IMG/VR virus record: IMGVR_UViG_3300026484_000295
Span: 1-64,000 of that record
DNA length: 64,000 nucleotides
Reading direction: 5' to 3' (one strand)
From: a virus
Position 1 is the first letter of the stretch. Every line of letters starts with the position of its first letter. The notes beneath the pieces are model-generated. The model was not told the DNA's origin. It ran no database searches and saw nothing but the letters and a program-made list of their open reading frames with translations. The translations under genes and the position numbers were made by a program. Below are positions 1-8,138 of the stretch, one piece after another.

Positions 1-142
1 CAGTATCTGTACTTTCAGTATCTGTACTTTCAGTATCTGTACTTTCAGTATCTGTACTTTCAGTATCTGTACTTTCAGTATCTGTACTTTCAGTATCTGT
101 ACTTTCAGTATCTGTACTTTCAGTATCTGTACTTTCAGTATC
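1..142. repeat. 15-bp tandem repeat (CAGTATCTGTACTTT), at least 9 copies, encoding TESTD on the minus strand
   Basis: Perfect head-to-tail units with no spacers; truncated by the window start. Confidence 0.97.
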
Positions 143-688
143 CTCGATTATATCTGTATCTGTATCTTCGATTATATCAGTTTTAGTATTATCTACAATT
201 GAAGAATTCGAAGTTCTATCAAAATTTTCATCAATATTCTCTAAACTTCTAGGTCTAAATTTTACTTCTCTTAAATCAGCTTCAACATTAACTTCTGTAT
301 TTGCCGAAGTTAAAAATTCACCTGGAAGGTATGCAGAAGATTCCGGTATCTCATTTCCGGCTTCAGTATTAATATCATCAGGGTTTTCTTCATCTTCCTC
401 TAATATTTTTTCAATAGATTTTTTTAATTCTGATTCTTCATCTAAATCTTTATTATTACCAAATAAATCTTCATATGAAAATAGAATAGTCTGTAACCCC
501 GAAACGATTATGTCAGAACCATCTATTAACTCTATAATTATTGAATCATTTGGTGAATTACCTTCTAAACCTATGACCTGTTCACCATCATAAATAATAT
601 CACCTTCTTTAAGTACTCTTTTATGACCAGAAGAATCAATTGCTATAAATTCACCATTGATCTGTGTAATTTTTCCTATAATTTTCAT
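1..688 (-). CDS. Retention-module-containing protein (N-terminus like T1SS/RTX giant adhesins) with acidic TESTD repeats; runs off the window edge
   Basis: Not in the ORF track. Manual translation from ATG 688 (GGAGG SD upstream) gives MKIIGKITQINGEFIAIDSSGHKRVLKEGDIIYDGEQVIG...DINTEAG...(TESTD)n, with no stop before position 1. Confidence 0.7.
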   Translation of the reverse strand, partial: MKIIGKITQINGEFIAIDSSGHKRVLKEGDIIYDGEQVIGLEGNSPNDSIIIELIDGSDIIVSGLQTILFSYEDLFGNNKDLDEESELKKSIEKILEEDEENPDDINTEAGNEIPESSAYLPGEFLTSANTEVNVEADLREVKFRPRSLENIDENFDRTSNSSIVDNTKTDIIEDTDTDIIEDTESTDTESTDTESTDTESTDTESTDTESTDTESTDTESTDTESTDT

Positions 689-689
689 G

Positions 690-831
690 ATTTATACCTC
701 CAAGTATATAGAGGTAGAATAATTGCGAGCAATATGATATTTACTTTCAAATACCTTATAACCTCCAGCTTTGGCTTTCGCTATCCTACCTTCAGGTTAA
801 AGATTTTTATATCTTTTTATATTTATTTATA
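690..831 (-). promoter_or_regulatory. Structured 5' leader with alternative pairings over the SD, downstream of a TATAAATA late-promoter motif (824-831)
   Basis: 695-700 pairs with 711-716 (SD-sequestering). 712-722 can instead pair with 781-791, and 759-764 pairs with 794-799. Confidence 0.45.
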
Positions 832-849
832 TTTATTTTACATTTTTTA

Positions 850-1182
850 TCATAAATGAATATTCTGATTAATTTTTCCTAGTTTTTCTAACACCAAGCC
901 AATCGAATTAACACCATTTTGTAACTCTTTTAATCGTTTCTTAAATTTATTAATAGTTCGTTTTGATGGGTCTCTAATTATATTTTGATTTAAAAATAAA
1001 TTCAATTTATTGTATGGTATTGAATAATCAATTACACCATTAGAGGTATATAAATTAAAAATATATGATTCTTCATTTTTGTTATTATGAATCCTCATAC
1101 CAATTCCAATAAATTCAGCTAGGTGATAACCATTATGATTTATTTCAAGTAGTTGTCGTGGTTGGAAATAATTTTCTATCAT
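850..1182 (-). CDS. Hypothetical protein
   Basis: 110-aa ORF with AGGAG SD. Confidence 0.75.
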   Translation of the reverse strand: MIENYFQPRQLLEINHNGYHLAEFIGIGMRIHNNKNEESYIFNLYTSNGVIDYSIPYNKLNLFLNQNIIRDPSKRTINKFKKRLKELQNGVNSIGLVLEKLGKINQNIHL

Positions 1183-1184
1183 TT

Positions 1185-1228
1185 AAAACTCCTATTTTAA
1201 TATATTTATATAAAAAAATAGGAGTTTT
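1185..1228 (-). promoter_or_regulatory. RBS-sequestering hairpin with TATAAATA late promoter in the loop
   Basis: 14-bp perfect inverted repeat (1185-1198/1215-1228) covers the AGGAG SD of 850..1182; TATAAATA (minus) at 1203-1210. Confidence 0.7.
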
Positions 1229-1975
1229 TTAATGTTTTAAAGCAATTATTTTTTCAGGATATACATCAGCAATAACTTTTAAAATATTTTTATCCTCGCT
1301 ATATTCTTTAAGCTCAGATTCAAAAATATATCCATTACTCGAATATATTCCCCATCTAGTATTATCAAGAGAATAAGATTTAAACTTAAATAACTTTTTC
1401 TCCTTTTGTTCCGCAAATGAAGCTTTCTTATAGATAATTACTTCTTTTCTATATTCTCCATCAGTAAATGTAATATATCCATCATCTGTTGTTCGAAATC
1501 TTTCGTTTTCTTTATAATTTAGCCCAATATATTTTACTAGGATTTCTAATCGCTTTTCATCAATTTCATTATAAGTTTTATATGCGTTCAAAATAATTTT
1601 AGTAGATGACTTTAAATCATCAGAAATAAAATATTCAGCGTTTAATCGTTGAGGCGCCGCATTTGTTTTTAAACAATTTATTACAATTTGAGTGTGCATA
1701 AAAACAGTATCTTCATCTAAATTTGTTTCTAAAATATTTTCTAGCTTTTGTTTTGCTGATTGTAAATCATATACAAAATTGTCATAAGGATTATCAAGCA
1801 CTCCAAATGCTCCATTTAACATTTCAAATAAATGATTTATTCTATTATTACCATAGGTATCTTTAACATAAAAGAAAGTATTTACCGAATGTAATAAATT
1901 TCTAATAGCATGTCGGAGTGTAGGTATATCTTCTGACAGAAGTTCTTCTTTTTCTAAATTAAAATTAAATTGCAT
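1229..1975 (-). CDS. Hypothetical protein (C-terminal YPE motif)
   Basis: 248-aa ORF with AAGG SD. Confidence 0.8.
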   Translation of the reverse strand: MQFNFNLEKEELLSEDIPTLRHAIRNLLHSVNTFFYVKDTYGNNRINHLFEMLNGAFGVLDNPYDNFVYDLQSAKQKLENILETNLDEDTVFMHTQIVINCLKTNAAPQRLNAEYFISDDLKSSTKIILNAYKTYNEIDEKRLEILVKYIGLNYKENERFRTTDDGYITFTDGEYRKEVIIYKKASFAEQKEKKLFKFKSYSLDNTRWGIYSSNGYIFESELKEYSEDKNILKVIADVYPEKIIALKH

Positions 1976-2137
1976 TTATTTACCTTTTGTTGTCAATTCA
2001 ATATTTTAAATCTACTTACTGTATAATAAGTTATTCTTTAATTTAAGATAATTATATTATAAAATTGCTTAAAGAGATATAAATTTAATAGTTACATGAG
2101 AAAGTTTATTTGAATTTAGTGGATAATATTATTGTTA

Positions 2138-2410
2138 TTAAAAATTTGTTGGATAACCCAAATCTTTTCCGACTTCTTTGATAAATTCTAACATACGTTT
2201 ATCTACTTTTGAAGCTTGTCTTATTACTTTTGTTTCATAGAATTTATGAGAACTATAATGTTCTATCTCTTCCATTAAATTACCGTTCTCTATAAACCAA
2301 TATCTGTTTAAATTATATTTTTTCTCTACGTATTCAATGATAATTCTAGATCTTTCCGTATTGGAAATTTCAACTTCAATTTGTTCTTTTTTTGTAGCTT
2401 TGATTTTCAT
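2138..2410 (-). CDS. Hypothetical protein
   Basis: 90-aa ORF with AAGG SD. Confidence 0.7.
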   Translation of the reverse strand: MKIKATKKEQIEVEISNTERSRIIIEYVEKKYNLNRYWFIENGNLMEEIEHYSSHKFYETKVIRQASKVDKRMLEFIKEVGKDLGYPTNF

Positions 2411-2419
2411 TTATAGACC

Positions 2420-2560
2420 TTGAATGGAATTTTGAAGAATGGGTTTTGTATGTGTTTTTCGGTCATCATCTCATAGCAATAAGCCTAGGATACTATGAGC
2501 CCCGTGTCCATTCAAAACCCTAAATTGGACAGATACTCAATTCTTCTTAAAGAATTCAGT
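2420..2560 (-). ncRNA. Putative structured RNA or cis-regulatory leader with possible pseudoknot
   Basis: Helices UGUCCA/UGGACA and CUCAUAG/CUAUGAG, loop GGGUUUUG complementary to downstream CAAAACCC, closing helix GAAGAAU/AUUCUUC; sigma70-type promoter just upstream (about 2577-2599). Confidence 0.4.
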
Positions 2561-2723
2561 ATATGTTCATATTATTATTTTACAAAAAATCTTCTTAAAT
2601 TTAGTATAAATTATTAATAAATAAGAATAGAGGTAATCAAAGAAGGTGACTATTCTTTGAAATTAGGTAGGATAAATAACCCAACTGTCCCTCTATAAAA
2701 AATTATACATTAAAGGATAAAAA

Positions 2724-3533
2724 ATGACTACTAAAAAGAAAATTACTTGTCCAGATTGTGGTGTAGAAATTAGTATTAATAATATTAAGAATCATCAAAA
2801 TAGTAAGACTTGTATGAATAATCAAAAATACATAATAGGAAATAACCGACCTGAACCAGGTATATGTCCACATTGCAATATATCTTTAGATGAATTTTCA
2901 AAGGCTAATAAAGCTAATCATGTTAGGTGGTGTGAAATGAATCCTAAAAGAAATAGTTATCTTGAGAAATTAACCAATCGAATTGGAGAGAACAATCCTA
3001 TGTTTGGTAAACCTGCATGGAATAAAGGTAAAACAAAAGAAACCGACGATAGAATAAAAAAGTCCAGCGAAGTATTATCTAAAAAATATCAATCAGGTGA
3101 ACTTACTCCTAAAAATAAAGGAGTACCAATTACTGAAGAAACAAGAGAAAAGATAAGACAAACTCAGCTACAAAATAAATACCAGCGAATATGTAAATCA
3201 ACGATTAATTATAAATGCAAAGATAGTACGATTATTAAAATGGACTCAAAATGGGAAGTAAGATTAGCAGAAGATTTGGATGAACATAATATCGATTGGA
3301 TAAGACCTAAACCTTTAAAATGGGTTGATTCACAAGGAATTGAGCACAATTATTTCCCTGACTTCTATCTTCCAGAATTTGATATTTACCTTGACCCAAA
3401 AAATGAATGGGTACGAAAAAATCAAGAAGAAAAAATTAACTATTTGATGAAACATTATGATAATATTTTCTTATTATATGAAAATGAATTAAGTTTTGAT
3501 TTTATTAAGAAGAATTTTTTAAGTGGAAAATAA
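2724..3533 (+). CDS. Free-standing homing endonuclease (Zn-ribbons, NUMOD3-like repeats, C-terminal PD-(D/E)XK nuclease)
   Basis: CPDC/CPHC; GENNPMFGK and AWNKGK NUMOD3-like segments; SKWE...YFPDFYLPEFDIYLDPK; next to tRNAs. Confidence 0.75.
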   Translation: MTTKKKITCPDCGVEISINNIKNHQNSKTCMNNQKYIIGNNRPEPGICPHCNISLDEFSKANKANHVRWCEMNPKRNSYLEKLTNRIGENNPMFGKPAWNKGKTKETDDRIKKSSEVLSKKYQSGELTPKNKGVPITEETREKIRQTQLQNKYQRICKSTINYKCKDSTIIKMDSKWEVRLAEDLDEHNIDWIRPKPLKWVDSQGIEHNYFPDFYLPEFDIYLDPKNEWVRKNQEEKINYLMKHYDNIFLLYENELSFDFIKKNFLSGK

Positions 3534-3536
3534 AAA

Positions 3537-3614
3537 TGGTACGCCCACCAGGATTCGAACCTGGGACCTACGCCTTAGAAGGGCGTTACTCTAATCCTGC
3601 TGAGTTATGGACGC
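3537..3614 (-). tRNA. tRNA-Arg(TCT)
   Basis: Cloverleaf; anticodon arm ACGCC-CTTCTAA-GGCGT; TTCGAAT T-loop; encoded CCA. Confidence 0.95.
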
Positions 3615-3891
3615 ATCGTTAAAAAAATCTCAAAATATTATAATCCATTTGGTACCATCAGATCAATTTTGAGACCCATATCGCCACCCTCTAGAAAGGT
3701 TTGTGATATAGTAGGGTTATTGCTTGTTTGCTGACCATCAGCACAATCTATATTCCAAAGAATACACATTGTGTTGGTGTTTTTATTTATACATATATTA
3801 TACAAAAGTTTACTTTAAATTCATCTTAAATTTATTAAAATTTAGAAAAAATTGTTTTTTTAGAAAAATATAATACGTAAGAAGTGGGTAA

Positions 3892-3966
3892 TGGCTCCGG
3901 ATACTGGATTCGAACCAGTGACCAAATGATTAACAGTCATCTACTCTACCGCTGAGCTAATCCGGA
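3892..3966 (-). tRNA. tRNA-Asn(GTT)
   Basis: Anticodon loop CTGTTAA; encoded CCA. Confidence 0.95.
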
Positions 3967-4073
3967 ATAATTCTTTTTAACGCAAAGTTACGTTCAATTT
4001 TATACATTGAAAACTCAAGTAATTCCTCGTTACTAACAGATATTTTTAAACATTAAATATCAAAGTATTTTAA

Positions 4074-4150
4074 TGGTGCCGATTTGAGGATTTGAACCCC
4101 AGGCCTGCTGATTACAAATCAGCTGCTCTAGCCAACTGAGCTAAATCGGC
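4074..4150 (-). tRNA. tRNA-Thr(TGT)
   Basis: GCTGA-TTTGTAA-TCAGC; encoded CCA. Confidence 0.95.
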
Positions 4151-4515
4151 ATAAATAGGGTTTTAAAGCTATGGAATATTCCTTAAAACCATTATACAAT
4201 ATAGGCTACATTTAAGTTCTTTTTATCTTTTTCCTATATTGGAGTGCCATATCACTCTACAAAAAGTTTTATTAACTCTTTATAGAATTATATTTCGTTT
4301 TTATTTATATGTATTATACAAAAATTTTTATTAATTTTATCTTAAATTTTGATTTTTTCAAAATTTATTGATTATCTTCTAATATATCACCTAAAATAGG
4401 ATTATTAAATAATTTATCAATTTTAATTCCATCATTCACTCTTATCACGTATTTTCTTTTATTAATTAGTGATTTTCATATGTTTTTAGAAATAAATAAT
4501 AAAAAGGAGGAAGAT

Positions 4516-5169
4516 TTGATATATTACATAGTTTATAAAATTACAAATTTAATTAATAATAAAATATATATTGGCGTACACAAAACTAATAATATTGATG
4601 ATGACTATATGGGGTCTGGAAAATTGATTAAAAGTGCAATAAAAAAATATGGAAAAGAAAACTTTAAAAAAGAAATTATCGAGGTATTTGACAATTCAGA
4701 AGATATGTTTAATAAAGAAAAAGAGTTAGTTAATGAATCATTTATTAATGATAAAAATACATATAATATTGTTGAAGGTGGATATGGTGGTTTTGACTAT
4801 GCAACGGAAATTTCCAAAAAATTTAAAAAAGGTATTTATCAAGATGATTTTCATAAAAAACTTGCAGATATTAGTCGTGGAAACTTTAAAAACAATAAAA
4901 AATTAGCAAAAAAAGCCTCTGAATTAAGTCATAGTCCTGAGGCTATTAAAAAAAGAAATGAAACTCGTAGGAAAAATAAGAAATCAAATGATTATAGAAT
5001 GTGGATAACAAATGATATTGAAAATAAATATATTTTAAAAATAGAACCTATTCCTACTGGCTGGAGAAAAGGAAAAATTCAACGAAAAGAAGCATGTCCT
5101 CATTGTGGAATAAAAATGGGTGTTTGTGGAGCTTTTTATAAACATATCGAAAATTGTGATGGTGATTAG
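4516..5169 (+). CDS. GIY-YIG (Seg-like) homing endonuclease
   Basis: IVYKITNLINNKIYIGVH...YMGSG...E..YN motifs; likely TTG start at 4516 after AGGAGG (track start 4480). Confidence 0.88.
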   Translation: MIYYIVYKITNLINNKIYIGVHKTNNIDDDYMGSGKLIKSAIKKYGKENFKKEIIEVFDNSEDMFNKEKELVNESFINDKNTYNIVEGGYGGFDYATEISKKFKKGIYQDDFHKKLADISRGNFKNNKKLAKKASELSHSPEAIKKRNETRRKNKKSNDYRMWITNDIENKYILKIEPIPTGWRKGKIQRKEACPHCGIKMGVCGAFYKHIENCDGD

Positions 5170-5201
5170 TTTAGAACGGATTTGAAGAATAATTCAAATA
5201 A

Positions 5202-5287
5202 TGGTGTCGAGAGAGGGATTTGAACCCTCACGGTCTATGACCACTGGATTTTAAGTCCAGCGCGGCTACCAGTTACGCCATCCCGAC
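5202..5287 (-). tRNA. tRNA-Leu(TAA)
   Basis: CTGGA-CTTAAAA-TCCAG; long variable arm; CCA. Confidence 0.95.
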
Positions 5288-5295
5288 ATTTTAAA

Positions 5296-5366
5296 AGAGA
5301 TAGAATCAATAGAGTGTGTTTCCTAAATTCCAAATAATTCGATGTAATCTCTATCTTTAATTCTCT
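5296..5366 (-). ncRNA. Short stem-loop RNA, paralogue of 5645..5788 lacking the tRNA module
   Basis: Shares AGAGAAUUAAAGAUA(G/A)AGAUUACAUCG 5' arm and CU(C/U)UAUUGAUU...UCUCU 3' arm, with a compensatory change. Confidence 0.6.
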
Positions 5367-5480
5367 AATAAAATTATACAAAAAAAACTCTTAAAAATAC
5401 CTTAATTTAAGTATTTCTATGAAATTTGTATTTTTATTTATTCTCTAAAAATAATTTTTTAGAAAGTTTTCATATTATTT

Positions 5481-5557
5481 TGGTCGTCCCTGGAAGATTT
5501 GAACTTCCGACCTCTCCGTTATCAGCGGAACGCTCTAACCAACTGAGCTAAGGGACG
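5481..5557 (-). tRNA. tRNA-Ile(GAT)
   Basis: Anticodon loop CTGATAA; CCA. Confidence 0.95.
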
Positions 5558-5567
5558 GTATTATCAA

Positions 5568-5642
5568 TGGTGACCCCGAGGAGAATTGAACTCCTGTAAC
5601 ATGGATGAAAACCATGGATCCTAACCGCTAGACGACGGGGCC
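5568..5642 (-). tRNA. tRNA-Glu(TTC)
   Basis: CATGG-TTTTCAT-CCATG; CCA. Confidence 0.95.
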
Positions 5643-5644
5643 AC

Positions 5645-5788
5645 TTAGAGAGATCAAATCAATAAAGATATAATAAGATGCTCTACCGCTGAGCTACCTA
5701 CTATCCACTAAGAGTTAGTAGGGTTGGATTCGAACCAACGACCATCCGCTTAAAAGGCGATGTAATCTTTATCTTTAATTCTCTCTAA
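5645..5788 (-). ncRNA. Circularly permuted tRNA-Lys(UUU)-like RNA in a long terminal stem (Y RNA/YrlA-like architecture)
   Basis: Minus-strand order: stem 5' arm, anticodon arm CGC-CUUUUAA-GCG, UGGUC, T arm GUUGG-UUCGAAU-CCAAC, acceptor CCUACUA-loop-UAGUAGG, D arm GCUC-AGCGGUA-GAGC, stem 3' arm. Confidence 0.75.
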
Positions 5789-5939
5789 TATTGTTATATC
5801 GAATTGATATGTTGAAATTATACATTAAAAATACTTAATTTAAACTTAATTTTATGTTTTTAACAGTAATTAACATTATTTAACACATACACATAAATAA
5901 AATCGACATATTAAAAAAATTAATGTCAGGAGAAATTAG

Positions 5940-7037
5940 ATGAATTTTAAAAAAATGATATTATTAGTTGTCAGCAGTTTATTAATAGTAGGATGTAATA
6001 TTGATAAAAACATTAACGATATTAATGATACTGATAAACCTGATGAGATAAGATGTAAAAATGCACCAAACGTTATTCTAGATAATGATAACTATGATCC
6101 AGATTGGTTGGTTACACTAGTAACAGGTTTGGCATTGGATAGGGATTGTAAGATTAATCTTATAGGTGTAATGATTAATGGAACCGATACACATAATAAA
6201 GCAGGTCTAATGTATAATACGGTGCTTACTTATTATGGAGTATCTGATAGAATTCCTATTGGTATTAATCATCATTATCAAATGAGAACAACACCTACGA
6301 AAGCAACATCAGATACACCATATATTGATCCAGATTTTAAGGGTACTCAAAAGAGAATAACAGACTTCCCAAGTGACGGATTATTAGATTCTGAAAGACA
6401 GGATGTACAAACAACTTTATGTGCCTTGCTAGAAAAACATGATAATATTATATATGTTACTGGAGGTCATTTACAAAATTTGCAAGCCCTTATTGAAACT
6501 AAGGAGTGTAATGGTCCTGAACTTATTAGAAAGAAAATAAAAAGATTTATTTTTGGAACTGGATATAACAAAGAAACAGAAGGAGAAGCAGAAATGAATT
6601 TTTCTGAGGGTAGGTATAATACTACAGCAGCATCAATTGCAGCTAATTCTGTATTTAATTCTGGTTTAGATGCGGAAGTTCCGTTTTGGTTCCCTCATGA
6701 TGGTTTTGATAGAAGTACAACATCATGTAGAATTGGAGATCAATATAGAGATTTAGTTCATACAACAAGTCCAATGGCTTTTGTCTATGCAATTGATACG
6801 TATGGGACTTGGGGAGATCATTGTATGGGAGATAGTGAAATTCTATTAGAAGCTGCTAATATATCTATTGAAGAAAAAATTGTTACCCCTAAAAGAGAAG
6901 TTTGTATAGAATTAAATTCTAAAAATGCGATTATTTATATTAATGAGGGCAAACATTGCAATCATTATATTAGAAGTATTAATGTTGGTGGCGAATTAAA
7001 AATAGTTGGTATTTTAAATCAATTATTAAAAGAATAA
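5940..7037 (+). CDS. Lipoprotein with nucleoside-hydrolase-like fold
   Basis: Lipobox LLIVGC; NVILDNDNYDPD resembles the IU-NH DxDxxxDD motif (degenerate); G...NL and E.NF motifs. Confidence 0.55.
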   Translation: MNFKKMILLVVSSLLIVGCNIDKNINDINDTDKPDEIRCKNAPNVILDNDNYDPDWLVTLVTGLALDRDCKINLIGVMINGTDTHNKAGLMYNTVLTYYGVSDRIPIGINHHYQMRTTPTKATSDTPYIDPDFKGTQKRITDFPSDGLLDSERQDVQTTLCALLEKHDNIIYVTGGHLQNLQALIETKECNGPELIRKKIKRFIFGTGYNKETEGEAEMNFSEGRYNTTAASIAANSVFNSGLDAEVPFWFPHDGFDRSTTSCRIGDQYRDLVHTTSPMAFVYAIDTYGTWGDHCMGDSEILLEAANISIEEKIVTPKREVCIELNSKNAIIYINEGKHCNHYIRSINVGGELKIVGILNQLLKE

Positions 7038-7039
7038 TG

Positions 7040-7116
7040 TGGTACCCCGAGTAGGATTCGAACCCACAACCCCCGGAGCCGAAATCCGGCGCTCTATCCA
7101 GTTGAGCCATCGAGGC
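7040..7116 (-). tRNA. tRNA-Arg(TCG)
   Basis: CCGGA-TTTCGGC-TCCGG; CCA. Confidence 0.93.
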
Positions 7117-7282
7117 ATAACGCAGCTTTTTAAAAGCTGCAAAGAACTTGAGTTTTTTTCATCTCTAACCAAGCACCAATTTTAATTTAATAAAATCAAT
7201 GGTCGCCTTATTGGATTTTATATAAAGCCAGAGTTAATAAGTTTAACAGTATTATTATACAATCAATCATCTTAAATTAAAA

Positions 7283-7633
7283 TTAATCTTTCTTATTAGC
7301 AATATCATCTGTTGCATATAAAATAGGTTCTTTTATAGCAAGAATATATTGATGTATATTATTAAAATCTATCAATGATAAATCATCTATAAGAACCCTA
7401 TCAAATCTATGCCCTCTTAAAAAATTTAAATTTGTTGCTGCACCAATCAATAGTAGTCCACCCATATCACTTTCTATAAATTCTTTATATTCGCTACGTA
7501 TACGATATAATGTCTGTTCATTACGAATAATTACTGCGGTCTTTTTTCCCAAACTAACTAATATCTTAGCTAATTCTAATAATTCAGAGGTTTTCCCTGA
7601 CTGTCTTGCCTTATATCTTAAATTTAATATCAT
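7283..7633 (-). CDS. Small P-loop NTPase resembling a terminase ATPase domain, probably leaderless
   Basis: RQSGKT Walker A; LRGHRFDRVLIDD Walker B; ATG 7633 lies 6 nt after TGTATAAT. The track extension to 7906 overlaps a plus-strand gene. Confidence 0.55.
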   Translation of the reverse strand: MILNLRYKARQSGKTSELLELAKILVSLGKKTAVIIRNEQTLYRIRSEYKEFIESDMGGLLLIGAATNLNFLRGHRFDRVLIDDLSLIDFNNIHQYILAIKEPILYATDDIANKKD

Positions 7634-7676
7634 ATTATTATTATACATAAATAAAAGAAAAAAAGGAAAAATTATT

Positions 7677-8138
7677 ATGACTCTAAAAAAAATTATAGAA
7701 TCTGAAGAACAATTTAATAATATAGTAGAATATTTGATAGTAGGTGCTGCTATTGATGCTAATTTAATAGATTTAAATGAAAATATCACCGATAGTTGTA
7801 AAATGACTTTTGGAAATAACTTAGTAACAGATAATACGGATGAAAATACCCTAAAGAAAGCGATCGATAAATTATTAAGTGTTGATTTTAATGCTACCTC
7901 TAACAAATCTAGTTGTTTATCAGCTATTTTAACTAAATTAGGAAAAATAGATGATAAATGCGATTGTGATATGCCTGCGAAAAATGCGAAAGTGACTGCT
8001 TTAGATTCATTACAAAAATTATGGAATCAAATGATTATTAAATATGGGAAAGACTTAGCTAACCCTTCAAAAGCAGTAAAAACTTTTAATGCTATGAAAG
8101 GTATATTAGCTGATGCCTTTAAGAAATTAAAATCTTAA
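7677..8138 (+). CDS. Hypothetical protein (possible late/virion protein)
   Basis: 153 aa; AAGGA SD; ATAAATA upstream. Confidence 0.7.
   Translation: MTLKKIIESEEQFNNIVEYLIVGAAIDANLIDLNENITDSCKMTFGNNLVTDNTDENTLKKAIDKLLSVDFNATSNKSSCLSAILTKLGKIDDKCDCDMPAKNAKVTALDSLQKLWNQMIIKYGKDLANPSKAVKTFNAMKGILADAFKKLKS

Noticed and set aside
1-142. Possible CRISPR array
   Set aside because: Identical 15-bp units with no spacers; it is an in-frame coding repeat
3537-7116. tRNA-associated theta (HDV-like) ribozymes or group I introns
   Set aside because: tRNA 3' trailers are short and AT-rich with no nested double pseudoknot that I could identify, and the tRNAs are uninterrupted
7634-7906. N-terminal extension of ORF 7283..7906
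   Set aside because: Antisense shadow of 7677..8138; the recognisable domain starts at ATG 7633
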